From contig JAZSGY010000047.1 of the NCBI GenBank assembly GCA_045532985.1, positions 1-58,219 on the forward strand: DNA of 58,219 nucleotides, given 5' to 3'. The notes under the pieces are model-generated. The model worked only from the letters and a program-made list of their open reading frames with translations, did no database searches and was not told the DNA's origin. The stretch comes from Eubacteriales bacterium (GTDB taxonomy: Bacteria > Bacillota > Clostridia > Oscillospirales > CAG-272). Positions 7,346-17,476 of this stretch are shown here, piece by piece (position 1 is the stretch's first letter; each line of letters opens with the position of its first letter). The position numbers and the translations under genes are program-made.

Positions 7346-8365
7346 TTATTCATCCGGGTAGCCGTCCGGATTTTGCTTCTGCCAACGTGCCGAATCAAGA
7401 CACATTGCGGCAAGATCACGCTCAGCCTTCCAACCAAGGACCTCATAAGCCTTTGTGGGATCAGCATAACACTCTGCAATATCTCCCGCACGGCGATCTG
7501 CGATCTTGTACGGAACGGGAGCGCCGTAAGCTTTTTCAAATGCTTTTACGATCTCGAGGACCGAATAGCCGTTGCCGGTTCCAATATTGAAATATTCGAT
7601 CCCCGTCACGTCCTTTGTGCGCGCAAGCGCTTTCAGGTGTGCAAGCGCAAGGTCAACGACGTGAATGTAATCGCGAACGCCCGTACCGTCCTTGGTGGGA
7701 TAATCGTTACCGAAAACATTCAGGCAAGGCAGCTTTCCTGCCGCAACCTTTGCAACGTAAGGAAGCAGATTGTTGGGGATCCCGCGGGGATCCTCGCCAA
7801 TCAAGCCGCTTTCGTGTGCGCCGATCGGATTGAAATACCGCAAGATCGATACGCTGAAATCGGGATTCGGAACACAGGTGTCCTTCAGGATGCGCTCGAT
7901 CATCAGCTTTGTCTCGCCGTAGGGATTCGTAGTCGAAAGGGCGAAATCCTCACGGATCGGAACCGTTTTCGGCGTTCCGTATACCGTTGCCGATGAGCTG
8001 AAAACGATTCTGTTCACGTTATGTGCAAGCATACAATCAATGAGATTGAAGGTGCCCGTCAGATTGTTGTGGTAATACTTGATCGGAAGCTGTACTGATT
8101 CTCCAACTGCCTTCAGACCCGCGAAATGAATCACAGAATCGATCTCGGGATGGCGATCAAAAACAGCAGATAAAGCATCCTTATCGAGAAGATCTACCTT
8201 ATAAAAGGTCGGTCGCTTCCCCGTTATTTGTTCAATGCGATCCAGAACGCAGAGCTTACTGTTGTATAGATTATCAACAATGATCGGATCTTCGCCCGCT
8301 TTCAAAAGTTCAACGACAGTGTGGGAACCAATATAGCCGCTACCGCCTGTTACAAGAATAGACAT
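7346..8365 (-). CDS. galE: UDP-glucose 4-epimerase
   Basis: TGGSGYIGSH, FSSSATVYG, YGETK, LRYFNP and GVRDYIHV; start moved to ATG 8365 (GAGGAG RBS). Confidence 0.97.
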   Translation of the reverse strand: MSILVTGGSGYIGSHTVVELLKAGEDPIIVDNLYNSKLCVLDRIEQITGKRPTFYKVDLLDKDALSAVFDRHPEIDSVIHFAGLKAVGESVQLPIKYYHNNLTGTFNLIDCMLAHNVNRIVFSSSATVYGTPKTVPIREDFALSTTNPYGETKLMIERILKDTCVPNPDFSVSILRYFNPIGAHESGLIGEDPRGIPNNLLPYVAKVAAGKLPCLNVFGNDYPTKDGTGVRDYIHVVDLALAHLKALARTKDVTGIEYFNIGTGNGYSVLEIVKAFEKAYGAPVPYKIADRRAGDIAECYADPTKAYEVLGWKAERDLAAMCLDSARWQKQNPDGYPDE

Positions 8366-8378
8366 TAATTTTCTCCTC

Positions 8379-9290
8379 TCAACCCCACAAATTTTGCGGA
8401 TAAATTCCGGCAGCAATCATTTTTTGAATGCTGTCAATAACGTACTGTTTATCTTCCTTATAAGTAACACCGTACCAGAGGTCGGAAGAGCTCAATACCT
8501 TCAGATCTGCCTTGCCGGCAGCCAAGACCTCACTGACAGCACTGGGTAAATAATACTCGCCCTTCATCTTATCGGTGCTCTCGGCACGCAGGAAGCGCTC
8601 AAATCCCTCCTCTACGTAAGGGAAGAAGGAATCGGTAAATCCAAAGAAATTCATAGAAGCGATCGAATCAGCAGAAATAGGGATCCACTTCCCTTCGGAT
8701 TCATATGCCGCCCCCATAGCATCCCCCGTGCGCATGATCTTCGTGCGCTCTGTAATGCTCACAAGCATACTTTCGGGATCCGCCTCACAAATTCCGCGTG
8801 AAACGGTGCCGTGCTCGGTCAAGGTATTGCCAAGACGGTAACCGACCATACAGTAGTGATGCTTGCCATTTTGCGACTGATCAACGTTGCCGAGATATTC
8901 AGACGCTAACTGATATGCACTGCGTCCGTAGAAATCGTCGGCATTGATCACCGAAAAGCTTCCCTTTACGCAATCACGACAGCTAAGAAGCGCGTGAGCG
9001 GTTCCAAAGGGCTTGACGCGATCCTTCGGAATGCCTGCATCAAAGAGCAGATCCATTCCCTGAAAAGCATATTCAACGTCGATCACGTTTTCGATCCTTT
9101 TTCCGATGGTCGAGCGGAACAGATCGTAGTTTTCTTTTTTGATAATGAAAACAACCTTATCGTAGCCACTGCGGATCGCATCGTAAACCGAGAAATCAAT
9201 GATAAACTCACCGTTTTCCGTGATTGGATCGATCTGCTTTAAGCCACCGTAGCGAGACCCCATACCCGCTGCCAAAACAACCAATGTCAT
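8379..9290 (-). CDS. Sugar-phosphate nucleotidyltransferase family protein
   Basis: LAAGMGSRYGGLKQ, GTAHA and VINADDFYG; co-oriented with galE. Confidence 0.85.
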   Translation of the reverse strand: MTLVVLAAGMGSRYGGLKQIDPITENGEFIIDFSVYDAIRSGYDKVVFIIKKENYDLFRSTIGKRIENVIDVEYAFQGMDLLFDAGIPKDRVKPFGTAHALLSCRDCVKGSFSVINADDFYGRSAYQLASEYLGNVDQSQNGKHHYCMVGYRLGNTLTEHGTVSRGICEADPESMLVSITERTKIMRTGDAMGAAYESEGKWIPISADSIASMNFFGFTDSFFPYVEEGFERFLRAESTDKMKGEYYLPSAVSEVLAAGKADLKVLSSSDLWYGVTYKEDKQYVIDSIQKMIAAGIYPQNLWG

Positions 9291-9348
9291 ATGTTCACCT
9301 CAAATTTGGCAAAAAAAGAGCAGTCAAAACTACTCTTTTTTATGTTTT

Positions 9349-9627
9349 TTACTCAGCGTAAACGCTAACCTGCTTCTTGTTGTCTGCGATGTGCTCGAAC
9401 TTGACCTTGCCGTCAACCAGTGCAAACAAGGTATCATCCGTACCGCGACCAACATTGTTGCCGGGACGGATCTTGGTGCCGCGCTGTCTGACAATAATAT
9501 TGCCCGCAACGACCTTTGCACCGTCTGCCTTCTTCACGCCGAGACGCTTGGATTCGCTATCGCGACCGTTCTTGGTAGAACCAACACCCTTTTTATGGGC
9601 AAAAAACTGCAAACTCAGTTTCAACAT
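9349..9627 (-). CDS. rpmA: 50S ribosomal protein L27 with Prp-cleaved N-terminal extension
   Basis: [30 protein letters not shown]. Confidence 0.98.
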   Translation of the reverse strand: MLKLSLQFFAHKKGVGSTKNGRDSESKRLGVKKADGAKVVAGNIIVRQRGTKIRPGNNVGRGTDDTLFALVDGKVKFEHIADNKKQVSVYAE

Positions 9628-9671
9628 TGTTTCATTCCTCCGTAATTTAATGAATCCGTTTGACCGGACGC

Positions 9672-10022
9672 TTATTCTTCAACGACCTCTACCGAGAGAT
9701 AATCGTAATACTCTTCGGTTAAATCCATCAATTGATAGTAATAAGCCTGAATCAGACCGGATATTGCAAAGCGCTTTGATTCATCCGGCTCGTGATCCGG
9801 AAGCGCGCCCTTGGCCGTCACCTTGATATCCGTCGTTTCCTCATCGATCACGTATTCGACGTCGGATGCGTAGGACATCTCGATGGCGTTGATAATCAGC
9901 ATCGTCATTGCAGAAAGTGCCGCACACAGAATATCGTCTCCGGATTCTCCGTAACCCGTGTGACCGTGTTCCTCAAACCCGTAAAAAATTCCGTCAGACT
10001 TTCGAAAGACAATCTTCGTCAT
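9672..10022 (-). CDS. prp: Ribosomal-processing cysteine protease Prp
   Basis: GH...G.DILCAALS His/Cys dyad; located between rplU and rpmA. Confidence 0.92.
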   Translation of the reverse strand: MTKIVFRKSDGIFYGFEEHGHTGYGESGDDILCAALSAMTMLIINAIEMSYASDVEYVIDEETTDIKVTAKGALPDHEPDESKRFAISGLIQAYYYQLMDLTEEYYDYLSVEVVEE

Positions 10023-10023
10023 A

Positions 10024-10332
10024 TCAACCTACGATTTTTTCAATCTGAATCTTTGTGTAGTCCTGTCTGTGACCAATCTTCTTCTTCTCGTTCTTCTTAG
10101 CCTTGTACTTCAGAACGTAGATCTTCTTGGCCTTGCCATTCTTTACGACATTGGCAACAACGGAAGCACCGTCAACATAAGGAGCGCCAACAACGAACTG
10201 CTCGCCGGAAACTGCAAGAACCTTATCAAAGGTTACCTTTTCACCTTCCGCTACGTTGAGCTTCTCAACGAAAACGATATCGCCTTCGCTGACCTTGTAC
10301 TGCTTTCCACCCGTTTCAATAACTGCAAACAC
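10024..10332 (-). CDS. rplU: 50S ribosomal protein L21
   Basis: [13 protein letters not shown]...GHRQDYT; GTG start at 10332 with GAGGTG RBS. Confidence 0.97.
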   Translation of the reverse strand: MFAVIETGGKQYKVSEGDIVFVEKLNVAEGEKVTFDKVLAVSGEQFVVGAPYVDGASVVANVVKNGKAKKIYVLKYKAKKNEKKKIGHRQDYTKIQIEKIVG

Positions 10333-10349
10333 GAAAAGCACCTCTCTTT

Positions 10350-10406
10350 CATTTAATATCGCTACGGCAGGCGGCAAAAGCCTTAAAAGAGCCTACACAT
10401 AAGCGT
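10350..10406 (-). promoter_or_regulatory. Probable L21 leader RNA
   Basis: Structured 5' UTR (GTAGGC...GCCTGC pairing) between the promoter and rplU; position matches the Firmicute L21 leader. Confidence 0.45.
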
Positions 10407-10412
10407 CATATT

Positions 10413-10441
10413 ATTTTATCATTATTATCTAAGAAAGTCAA
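10413..10441 (-). promoter_or_regulatory. sigma-A promoter of rplU-prp-rpmA
   Basis: TTGACT-17 bp-TAAAAT with TG extension. Confidence 0.75.
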
Positions 10442-10469
10442 TACCTTTTTGAAATATTTTTAATCTTTC

Positions 10470-12872
10470 TTAACGTACGACGATATTGACGATCCTTCCG
10501 GGAACAACGATCTCCTTCACAACCGTTTTTCCTTCAAGACCTGCGGCCATTGCCTCATGCTGCTTTGCGGCGGCAAGCAGAGCGTCCTTGTCGGCGTTCT
10601 TCGGAACGGTAATAACGCCCTTCAGCTTTCCGTTGATCTGTACCGCGATCTCGACCGTCTGATCGACCGTCTTTTCTTCGTCGTAGGCGGGCCACTGAGC
10701 GAGCGAGACCAGCCCCTTGTTCCCCATAGCCTCATAAACCTCCTCGGCAATGTGGGGGGCAAACGGAGACAGAATCGTTGCAAACGTAGAAAGCTCCTCT
10801 ACTGTGATGCTTCCTACCTCATAGACCTCATTCATAAACGCCATCATAGCGGCAATTGCGGTATTGAACTTCATCTCATCGATGTCAGAAGTCACCTTTT
10901 TGATGGTCTTATGCAAGGACGCATCAAGCGCCGCAGTCGTACCGTGTCCCTTAACCAACTCGGTAAGACCGGCAAAACGGTCAAGGAAGCGCTTGCACCC
11001 CTTGATGCTCTGCGGATTCCATGGAGCCGCCTTCTCAAAATCACCAATAAACATTTCATAAAGACGCATCGTATCCGCACCGTAATCACGAACGATATCG
11101 TCGGGATTGACGACGTTTCCGCGCGACTTCGACATCTTCTCGCCGTTCTCGCCGAGGATCATACCGTGAGAGGTGCGCTTCGCATAGGGCTCCTTGCAGG
11201 ATACTACGCCGATATCGTACAAAAACTTCGCCCAGAAGCGAGAATAAAGCAGGTGCAGGGTCGTATGCTCCATACCGCCGTTGTACCAATCAACCGGCAT
11301 CCAGTAGTCGAGCGCTTCCTTAGCCGCAAGTGCCATATCGTTTTTGGGATCGCAATAGCGCAAGAAGTACCAGGACGAGCCTGCCCACTGCGGCATCGTA
11401 TCTGTTTCGCGCTTTGCAGCGCCGCCGCACTTCGGGCAGGAGCAGTTGACCCACTCATCCATTGCGGAAAGCGGCGACTCACCCGTAGCAGTCGGCTCGT
11501 AGGAGGCAACGTCAGGCAAACGCAGCGGAAGCTCTGATTCGGGAATTGCAACCCAGCCGCACTTTTCGCAGTTTACAAGCGGGATCGGCTCACCCCAATA
11601 ACGCTGACGGGAAAATACCCAGTCACGGAGCTTATAATTGATCTTCTTGACACCAATTCCCTTCTCGGTCAGGAAAGCGATGATCGCGTCCTTCGCCTCG
11701 GCAACCTCAAGACCGTTCAAAAAATCCGAATTGACCATTTTTCCGGTCTCAACGTCGGTAAACGCCTCGCTTTGGACGTCGCCGCCCGCAACGACTTCAA
11801 TGATCGGCAGGTCAAATTTCTTTGCAAAATCCCAGTCACGCGTATCGTGCGCAGGCACTGCCATGATCGCACCGGTACCGTATCCCGCCAAAACGTAGTC
11901 GGATACGAAGATCGGGATCTCCTTACCGTTGACGGGGTTGATCGCCATCACGCCGTCAAGCTTCACGCCGGTCTTTTCTTTGACGAGCTCAGTACGCTCA
12001 AAATCGGATTTCTTCGACGCATCCGCTCTGTATGCCGCGATCGCATCGTAATTCTTCAGTTGATCCTTCCAGCGCTCAACGAATTCGTGCTCGGGCGCGA
12101 TAACCATATAGGTCGCACCGAAAAGCGTATCGGGGCGTGTGGTATAAACACGCAGTTTTTCACCAACGGTCGTATCAAAATCGACCTCCGCACCGGTCGA
12201 ACGACCGATCCAGTTGATCTGCTGGGTCTTTACCCTTTCGATAAAGTCAAGGGGTGCCAGGTCATCGATCAGTCGATCTGCATATGCCGTGATCTTCAGC
12301 ATCCACTGATCCTTTACCTTATGAATGACCTCACTGCCGCAACGCTCGCAAACGCCGCCAACGACCTCCTCGTTCGCCAAAACGACCTTACAGGAGGTGC
12401 AGAAGTTGACGTTCATCTGCTTCTTATATGCGAGCCCCTTCTCGAACAGCTTCAAAAAGATCCACTGCGTCCACTTGTAGTAATTGGGATCAGTGGTATT
12501 CACCTCACGCGACCAATCGAAGGAAAGCCCCAGAGCCTTCAGCTGAGACTTAAAACGGGCTACGTTATTTTCGGTTACGATCGCGGGATGGATCTTATTC
12601 TTGATGGCGTAATTTTCGGTCGGCAGGCCGAATGCGTCCCACCCCATCGGGAACAGTACGTTATATCCCTGCATTCTCTTTTTGCGCGAAACGATATCAA
12701 GCGCGGTATAAGGACGCGGATGTCCTACGTGAAGACCCTGTCCCGAAGGATACGGGAACTCAACCAGCGCGTAGTATTTGGGCAAGCTGTAGTCGTCTTT
12801 TGCCACAAATGCGTTTTCGTCATCCCCTTTCTTTTGCCATTTTGCTTCAATTGATTTGTAGTCGTACTTCAT
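10470..12872 (-). CDS. leuS: Leucine--tRNA ligase
   Basis: [45 protein letters not shown] and KMSKS. Confidence 0.98.
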   Translation of the reverse strand: MKYDYKSIEAKWQKKGDDENAFVAKDDYSLPKYYALVEFPYPSGQGLHVGHPRPYTALDIVSRKKRMQGYNVLFPMGWDAFGLPTENYAIKNKIHPAIVTENNVARFKSQLKALGLSFDWSREVNTTDPNYYKWTQWIFLKLFEKGLAYKKQMNVNFCTSCKVVLANEEVVGGVCERCGSEVIHKVKDQWMLKITAYADRLIDDLAPLDFIERVKTQQINWIGRSTGAEVDFDTTVGEKLRVYTTRPDTLFGATYMVIAPEHEFVERWKDQLKNYDAIAAYRADASKKSDFERTELVKEKTGVKLDGVMAINPVNGKEIPIFVSDYVLAGYGTGAIMAVPAHDTRDWDFAKKFDLPIIEVVAGGDVQSEAFTDVETGKMVNSDFLNGLEVAEAKDAIIAFLTEKGIGVKKINYKLRDWVFSRQRYWGEPIPLVNCEKCGWVAIPESELPLRLPDVASYEPTATGESPLSAMDEWVNCSCPKCGGAAKRETDTMPQWAGSSWYFLRYCDPKNDMALAAKEALDYWMPVDWYNGGMEHTTLHLLYSRFWAKFLYDIGVVSCKEPYAKRTSHGMILGENGEKMSKSRGNVVNPDDIVRDYGADTMRLYEMFIGDFEKAAPWNPQSIKGCKRFLDRFAGLTELVKGHGTTAALDASLHKTIKKVTSDIDEMKFNTAIAAMMAFMNEVYEVGSITVEELSTFATILSPFAPHIAEEVYEAMGNKGLVSLAQWPAYDEEKTVDQTVEIAVQINGKLKGVITVPKNADKDALLAAAKQHEAMAAGLEGKTVVKEIVVPGRIVNIVVR

Positions 12873-12901
12873 TTCTTTTTCCCCTGTATGTTTAGTTAAA
12901 A

Positions 12902-13318
12902 TTAATCAGCATTCATTTCCGCATCCACAGCGGCGATCACATCGGTAATATCGACCTTTTGCGACTCCTCGATTAGGCGCTCAAGCTTGTAAAACTCACG
13001 TGCATCCTTTGAAAAAATATGTACAATGACCACCCCAAGGTCCAAAAGGACCCATTCTCCGTTCTCAAACCCCTCGGTATGATGGGTTTCAACACCCGCA
13101 AGGCCCATTTTATAGACGATCTCATCCGCAAGTGCCTTGACGTGCGTGGAGGAACGGCCGGTGCAGATCACGTAATAATCCGTAATAATTGAGGTATCCG
13201 TCACGTGATATTCCGCGATGGAAATCCCTTGCTTCAGCGACAAAATACGAACAGCCTCAGTCGCTATTTCCTCAGGCTCTGCATTCAGCAGTTTGTTGTT
13301 CTTTTCCAAGTTTTCCAT
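12902..13318 (-). CDS. rsfS: Ribosome silencing factor RsfS
   Basis: [32 protein letters not shown] and REFYKLE. Confidence 0.93.
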   Translation of the reverse strand: MENLEKNNKLLNAEPEEIATEAVRILSLKQGISIAEYHVTDTSIITDYYVICTGRSSTHVKALADEIVYKMGLAGVETHHTEGFENGEWVLLDLGVVIVHIFSKDAREFYKLERLIEESQKVDITDVIAAVDAEMNAD

Positions 13319-14372
13319 ATGATCCCTTTCTATGCACCCTTGGGATCTTCAGATTCTTCAGATCTTCTTTCAGATAAACACGATATCCGATCCCTGTCGT
13401 GCAGTAAATATTTTGAAAATGTTGTTTTCGCAAATCGGTGGTAAGCTGATCTTTATCGAACGCGCCACCGTTAAAATATTGAGCGAGCAAGGCATTCGAT
13501 GCCTCTTTATAAGGAATATAATACCACGCACCGCTTTTGTTGGCATATCGCGTCGCCTCGCCCGGCAAGGTCATAAAACGGATATCGTCAAACGGACGGT
13601 TCGCAGCAAAGTACCGAACGAAATCAGTAAGCTCCGCAAGCGAAAGATCGGTTTTCGTCTTTCCCTTAATGTCCTTCAGCAGCTTGCTTGCGAATTTCAG
13701 ATCACTTTTGGAAAGCAATGCGTCAAAAAGTGCTGAAAGAAAAACCTTCTGCGCATCCAGCCGCCCAAGATCTCCTGTAATATATTCAGACCGAAAGCGA
13801 ACGAATGCTTGTGCCCTCTTACCGTTCAAAACGGTTTTCCCGGCAGGAAAATCGATTTTCAACTCCTGCGACGGATCATCATAATACATCGGTGCGGGAA
13901 TATCGATCGGAACACCGCCGATATCATCCACAAGTGTCCCGAACGCATCAAGGTCCATAAAAAGATAATGATCGATCGAAACGCCGAGCAGCTTTGCAAT
14001 GATCTGTGTCGTTCTTTGCTCCGGCGAATTGTTCGCACAATGTCTGCTCTCGCGGCTCAGAATTTGATTGACCCGTAACGGTTGACCGTATCCCCGATAA
14101 AACGTGTCGCGCGGCAACTGTAAAACGCTGATTCTTTTTTGATCGGGAACCAGAGAGATCAGCATCATCGCGTCCGTATGATTTGCCGCCTTATCGATCC
14201 CCGCAAAGAGTATATTGATGCTTCTGCCCGATTTTTCAAGACTGTTTGCTTGAATTTCAAGCGACTGCACCCTAAGCCTGTTTTCCGCCGCAGGCGCCTT
14301 GTTGCAACCCCAAAGCAAGGCTAAAAGGGATAAAGCACCACACAGTAAAAAAGCTCTCACAACACCACGCAT
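13272..14372 (-). CDS. LytR/CpsA/Psr (LCP) family protein
   Basis: TDAMML, LPRDT, VDDIGGV and FVRFR...GDLGR..Q; N-terminal hydrophobic stretch with a lipobox-like LWGC. Confidence 0.9.
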   Translation of the reverse strand: MRGVVRAFLLCGALSLLALLWGCNKAPAAENRLRVQSLEIQANSLEKSGRSINILFAGIDKAANHTDAMMLISLVPDQKRISVLQLPRDTFYRGYGQPLRVNQILSRESRHCANNSPEQRTTQIIAKLLGVSIDHYLFMDLDAFGTLVDDIGGVPIDIPAPMYYDDPSQELKIDFPAGKTVLNGKRAQAFVRFRSEYITGDLGRLDAQKVFLSALFDALLSKSDLKFASKLLKDIKGKTKTDLSLAELTDFVRYFAANRPFDDIRFMTLPGEATRYANKSGAWYYIPYKEASNALLAQYFNGGAFDKDQLTTDLRKQHFQNIYCTTGIGYRVYLKEDLKNLKIPRVHRKGSYGKLGKEQQTAECRA

Positions 14373-14433
14373 AAAACACACTCCGAAAAATTTTTAATAG
14401 TTTTCCTCGCGTTTTATACAAAGATACGGCATA

Positions 14434-15069
14434 TTAAATTGAAGTTTTCGCCAACAGCCGATTACGGCAACGAAAGGTCTGTTCTGCAATGTAGGTTTTT
14501 TCACGCACCAAGATCAAAATCGTTGCATCCAAAACCTTCAAAACGGTCTGATCGAGATAAGCCTGCAATTCATTCTCGTTTTTCGGCAAATGCCCGAAGA
14601 AATCCTCGCGTACAGACCTGCAGATCTCGTAGGTGCGCCCCTCCTCCATAAAATCAGCCAGAAAGATGATTTTTTCAAACATAGAAAAGGAAGCGTCTCC
14701 GGTCGTATGCTTTGCGACCGCAGAAATAATATCTGGATCCGCAAATTGCGGATACTTTTTCGGAATCACAAGTGCCGCGGTACGCGCATGAAAAATCTTC
14801 GGACACATACGCTCATCCTCAGAAAAAGGCGCGCCATATTCTTCGGCAATACGAATCTGCTCCTCGGACGGCAGCTCCTTCGTGATATCGTGTAAAAGTG
14901 CTGCCGCTTGCAACTTGATAATTTTCCGAGGCAAAAAGATCTTCCCAAGCTCAATCGCACATTTTTCAACGTTCAGAATGTGCTGCCTTCTTTTATCCGA
15001 GAAAATTTCAAAATCCAGAGATCGCCGCAGATCGGAAATTTGCACTTCGTTTATCTGTAAAGATTCCAT
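14434..15069 (-). CDS. yqeK: HD-domain Ap4A hydrolase YqeK
   Basis: R..H...V, LLHDITK, HTTG and IFLADFMEEGR; follows nadD. Confidence 0.9.
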   Translation of the reverse strand: MESLQINEVQISDLRRSLDFEIFSDKRRQHILNVEKCAIELGKIFLPRKIIKLQAAALLHDITKELPSEEQIRIAEEYGAPFSEDERMCPKIFHARTAALVIPKKYPQFADPDIISAVAKHTTGDASFSMFEKIIFLADFMEEGRTYEICRSVREDFFGHLPKNENELQAYLDQTVLKVLDATILILVREKTYIAEQTFRCRNRLLAKTSI

Positions 15070-15659
15070 TGATCAATGTACTCCCGCACATTTTTCGACA
15101 AAAGCCCGTCGGTATTTTCACCCCTCTTGATCCGCTCCCTGATCTCCGTAGAGGACACAACGACAGGGTCGGCAGAAAGGAAGCGGACTGTGGCAGAAAA
15201 CTCTTTTTCATACTGTTCGCGTTTTTTCTGAAGTAAGGGAAATATTTCCGCGTCCGCTTCTCTGCGCATACAGACGATCTCAGCACGCGCAAAGATCTCC
15301 GACGGCAAATACCACTCGTCAAGCGTGAGGAACATATCGGTGCCGCACAAAAGAAGCAAGACCCGCCCCTCTTTTGAAAGCTCGCACAGCGTAAGATAAG
15401 TGTAGCTCTTACCCTCACGCCGAAGCTCAAGATCCGAAATTTCGGTATTTGGTAGCGCAGAAAAGCACAAATGGCACATTTGTGCGCGCTTTTCAGCATC
15501 TACACCATCCTCAAGCGTTTTGTGTGGCGGAATGGAGGCGGGAATAATCAAAAGCCGATCGGGCTTCTCTGCCTCCAGAAATGCTTGTGCCGCTTGAAAA
15601 TGCCCCATATGAGGCGGCGAAAAGCTACCGCCGTAAATTCCGATTCGCTCGGGCTTCAT
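15051..15659 (-). CDS. nadD: Nicotinate-nucleotide adenylyltransferase
   Basis: GGSFSPPHMGH, PPHK, SYTYLT, GTDMF...W and SSTEIR. Confidence 0.95.
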   Translation of the reverse strand: MKPERIGIYGGSFSPPHMGHFQAAQAFLEAEKPDRLLIIPASIPPHKTLEDGVDAEKRAQMCHLCFSALPNTEISDLELRREGKSYTYLTLCELSKEGRVLLLLCGTDMFLTLDEWYLPSEIFARAEIVCMRREADAEIFPLLQKKREQYEKEFSATVRFLSADPVVVSSTEIRERIKRGENTDGLLSKNVREYIDQWNLYR

Positions 15660-15946
15660 GGCAATTCAATCCTTCTTTTGCGAGTAGATGGACGATAAAG
15701 CACGAATTTCGAGCCCAAAACGGCGACAACGTCAGCAGAAATGTAGTTTGCGATCTGTTCTGCCGCCTCTCTTGCGGTATATCCGCTGTTTTCGAGCACC
15801 TTTCCCTTCATCAACTCGTTTGCCTCAAGCGTGTTTGCAATTTGATTGCAAATTTCCTCGGTCACGCCGCCCTTACCAATCTGGAACGTCGGGCTCATCG
15901 AATTGGAAAGCGCACGTAAATAGGAACGCTGCTTACTTGTAAGCAT
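15656..15946 (-). CDS. yhbY: Ribosome assembly RNA-binding protein YhbY
   Basis: MLTSKQRSYLR, QIGKGG and VLYRPS CRM domain. Confidence 0.93.
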   Translation of the reverse strand: MLTSKQRSYLRALSNSMSPTFQIGKGGVTEEICNQIANTLEANELMKGKVLENSGYTAREAAEQIANYISADVVAVLGSKFVLYRPSTRKRRIELP

Positions 15947-15947
15947 A

Positions 15948-16562
15948 TTATATCTCCAAATATTTCTTCAATTCATTCGCAAAAAGGCGCATCGCCTTTC
16001 CGCGGTGGCTAACACTGTTTTTCTCCTCGGGCGAAAGCTCCGCAAAGGTCTTTTTAAACTCGGGGAAATAGAAGATCGGATCATATCCGAAACCGCCGTT
16101 CCCGCGATAATCGTCAATAATGACTCCCTCAGCCGTGCCGCGCACGGTAAACTCACGTCCATCCGGAAAAACACAAGCGATCGCGGCGACGTAGCGCGCG
16201 GTGCGCTGATTTTGCGGAACGTCCTTTAAATTTTCAAGCAGAAACTCGTTATTCCTCTCGTCGGAAGCGTGACCGCCCGCCTCGCCCGCATAGCGTGCGG
16301 AATAAATGCCGGGAGCGCCGCCGAGCGCATCGACCTCAAGTCCCGAATCATCAGCAAGACCGATGCATCCGTTGATCGCGCCAACACGTGCCTTGATCAG
16401 GGCGTTTTCCTCAAACGTCGTCCCATCCTCCTCGATGTCTCCGTGAATACCGACGTCATCAAGAGAAAGAACCGAAATCTTGGAAAGCTCCGAAAACTCC
16501 GATAGGATCCGCTTGACCTCTTCTATTTTTTTCGCATTACGGGATGCAAGCACGATTTTCAT
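15948..16562 (-). CDS. rdgB: XTP/dITP diphosphatase
   Basis: ASRNAKK, EDGTTFEENALIK, ADDSGL, PGIYSARY, GFGYDPIF and SHRGKA. Confidence 0.95.
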   Translation of the reverse strand: MKIVLASRNAKKIEEVKRILSEFSELSKISVLSLDDVGIHGDIEEDGTTFEENALIKARVGAINGCIGLADDSGLEVDALGGAPGIYSARYAGEAGGHASDERNNEFLLENLKDVPQNQRTARYVAAIACVFPDGREFTVRGTAEGVIIDDYRGNGGFGYDPIFYFPEFKKTFAELSPEEKNSVSHRGKAMRLFANELKKYLEI

Positions 16563-16567
16563 CAGAA

Positions 16568-17476
16568 TCACCTTTCAAACAACGCATCTACAAATTCATT
16601 CGGATCAAAGGGGCGCATATCCTCGATCTTCTCGCCAACACCGATGAATTTAACGGGAAGCGCCAGGTCGCGACGGATCGAGAACACGATACCGCCCTTC
16701 GCGCTACCGTCAAGCTTCGTCAGGATCAACCCCGTAATGTCGGCCGCATTTTTGAATTCACGCGCCTGCATGACTGCATTTTGACCCGTTGTTGCATCCA
16801 AAACGAGCAGGGTCTCCCGCGCCGCATCGGGTAATTCGCGCGATATTACGCGGTTGATCTTCGCGAGCTCGTCCATCAGATTTTTCTTGTTGTGAAGCCT
16901 TCCCGCAGTATCAACGATCAGCACGTCCGCTTTTCTGCTTTTTGCCGCGTTGATCGCATCAAAAACGACCGATGCGGGATCCGCTCCCGCGCCCTGACGG
17001 ATCAGATCGACCCCTGCACGCTCGCACCAAACGGCGAGCTGCTCTGCGGCAGCCGCACGGAAGGTGTCAGCAGCGGCAACGAGAACCTTTTTGCCGTCTT
17101 GTTTCAAATTGGCGGCAATTTTTCCGATCGACGTTGTTTTGCCAACGCCGTTTACACCAATGACGAGGATCACCGAGGGCGACGTATCCAAATGCAAAAC
17201 GTCCGACTCTCCAATCAATCCCCTCAGAATTCCATGCAATGCATCACGAACGTCATCGGGCTTCTTGATTCGCTCCTCGCGAACCTGTTCACGCAACTCG
17301 TCAAGAATATATTCGGTTGCCTCAACACCAACGTCGGAGGTGATCAAAAGCTCCTCAAGCTCGTCAAACAGATCCTCATCGATCCTCACAAAGCTCTTCA
17401 GAAGATCGTCAACACGCCCCAAAAAAGCCTGCTTGGTCTTTGCAAGACCTGCCTTCAATCTGTCAAAGAATCCCAT
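16568..17476 (-). CDS. ftsY: SRP receptor FtsY
   Basis: MGFFDRLK start, GVNGVGKTT, DTFRAAA, DTAGR and TKLDGSAKGG. Confidence 0.97.
   Translation of the reverse strand: MGFFDRLKAGLAKTKQAFLGRVDDLLKSFVRIDEDLFDELEELLITSDVGVEATEYILDELREQVREERIKKPDDVRDALHGILRGLIGESDVLHLDTSPSVILVIGVNGVGKTTSIGKIAANLKQDGKKVLVAAADTFRAAAAEQLAVWCERAGVDLIRQGAGADPASVVFDAINAAKSRKADVLIVDTAGRLHNKKNLMDELAKINRVISRELPDAARETLLVLDATTGQNAVMQAREFKNAADITGLILTKLDGSAKGGIVFSIRRDLALPVKFIGVGEKIEDMRPFDPNEFVDALFER

Noticed and set aside
10557-12854. 326-aa and 360-aa plus-strand ORFs
   Set aside because: Antisense shadows of leuS; the same applies to long ORFs opposite smc, topA and ftsY
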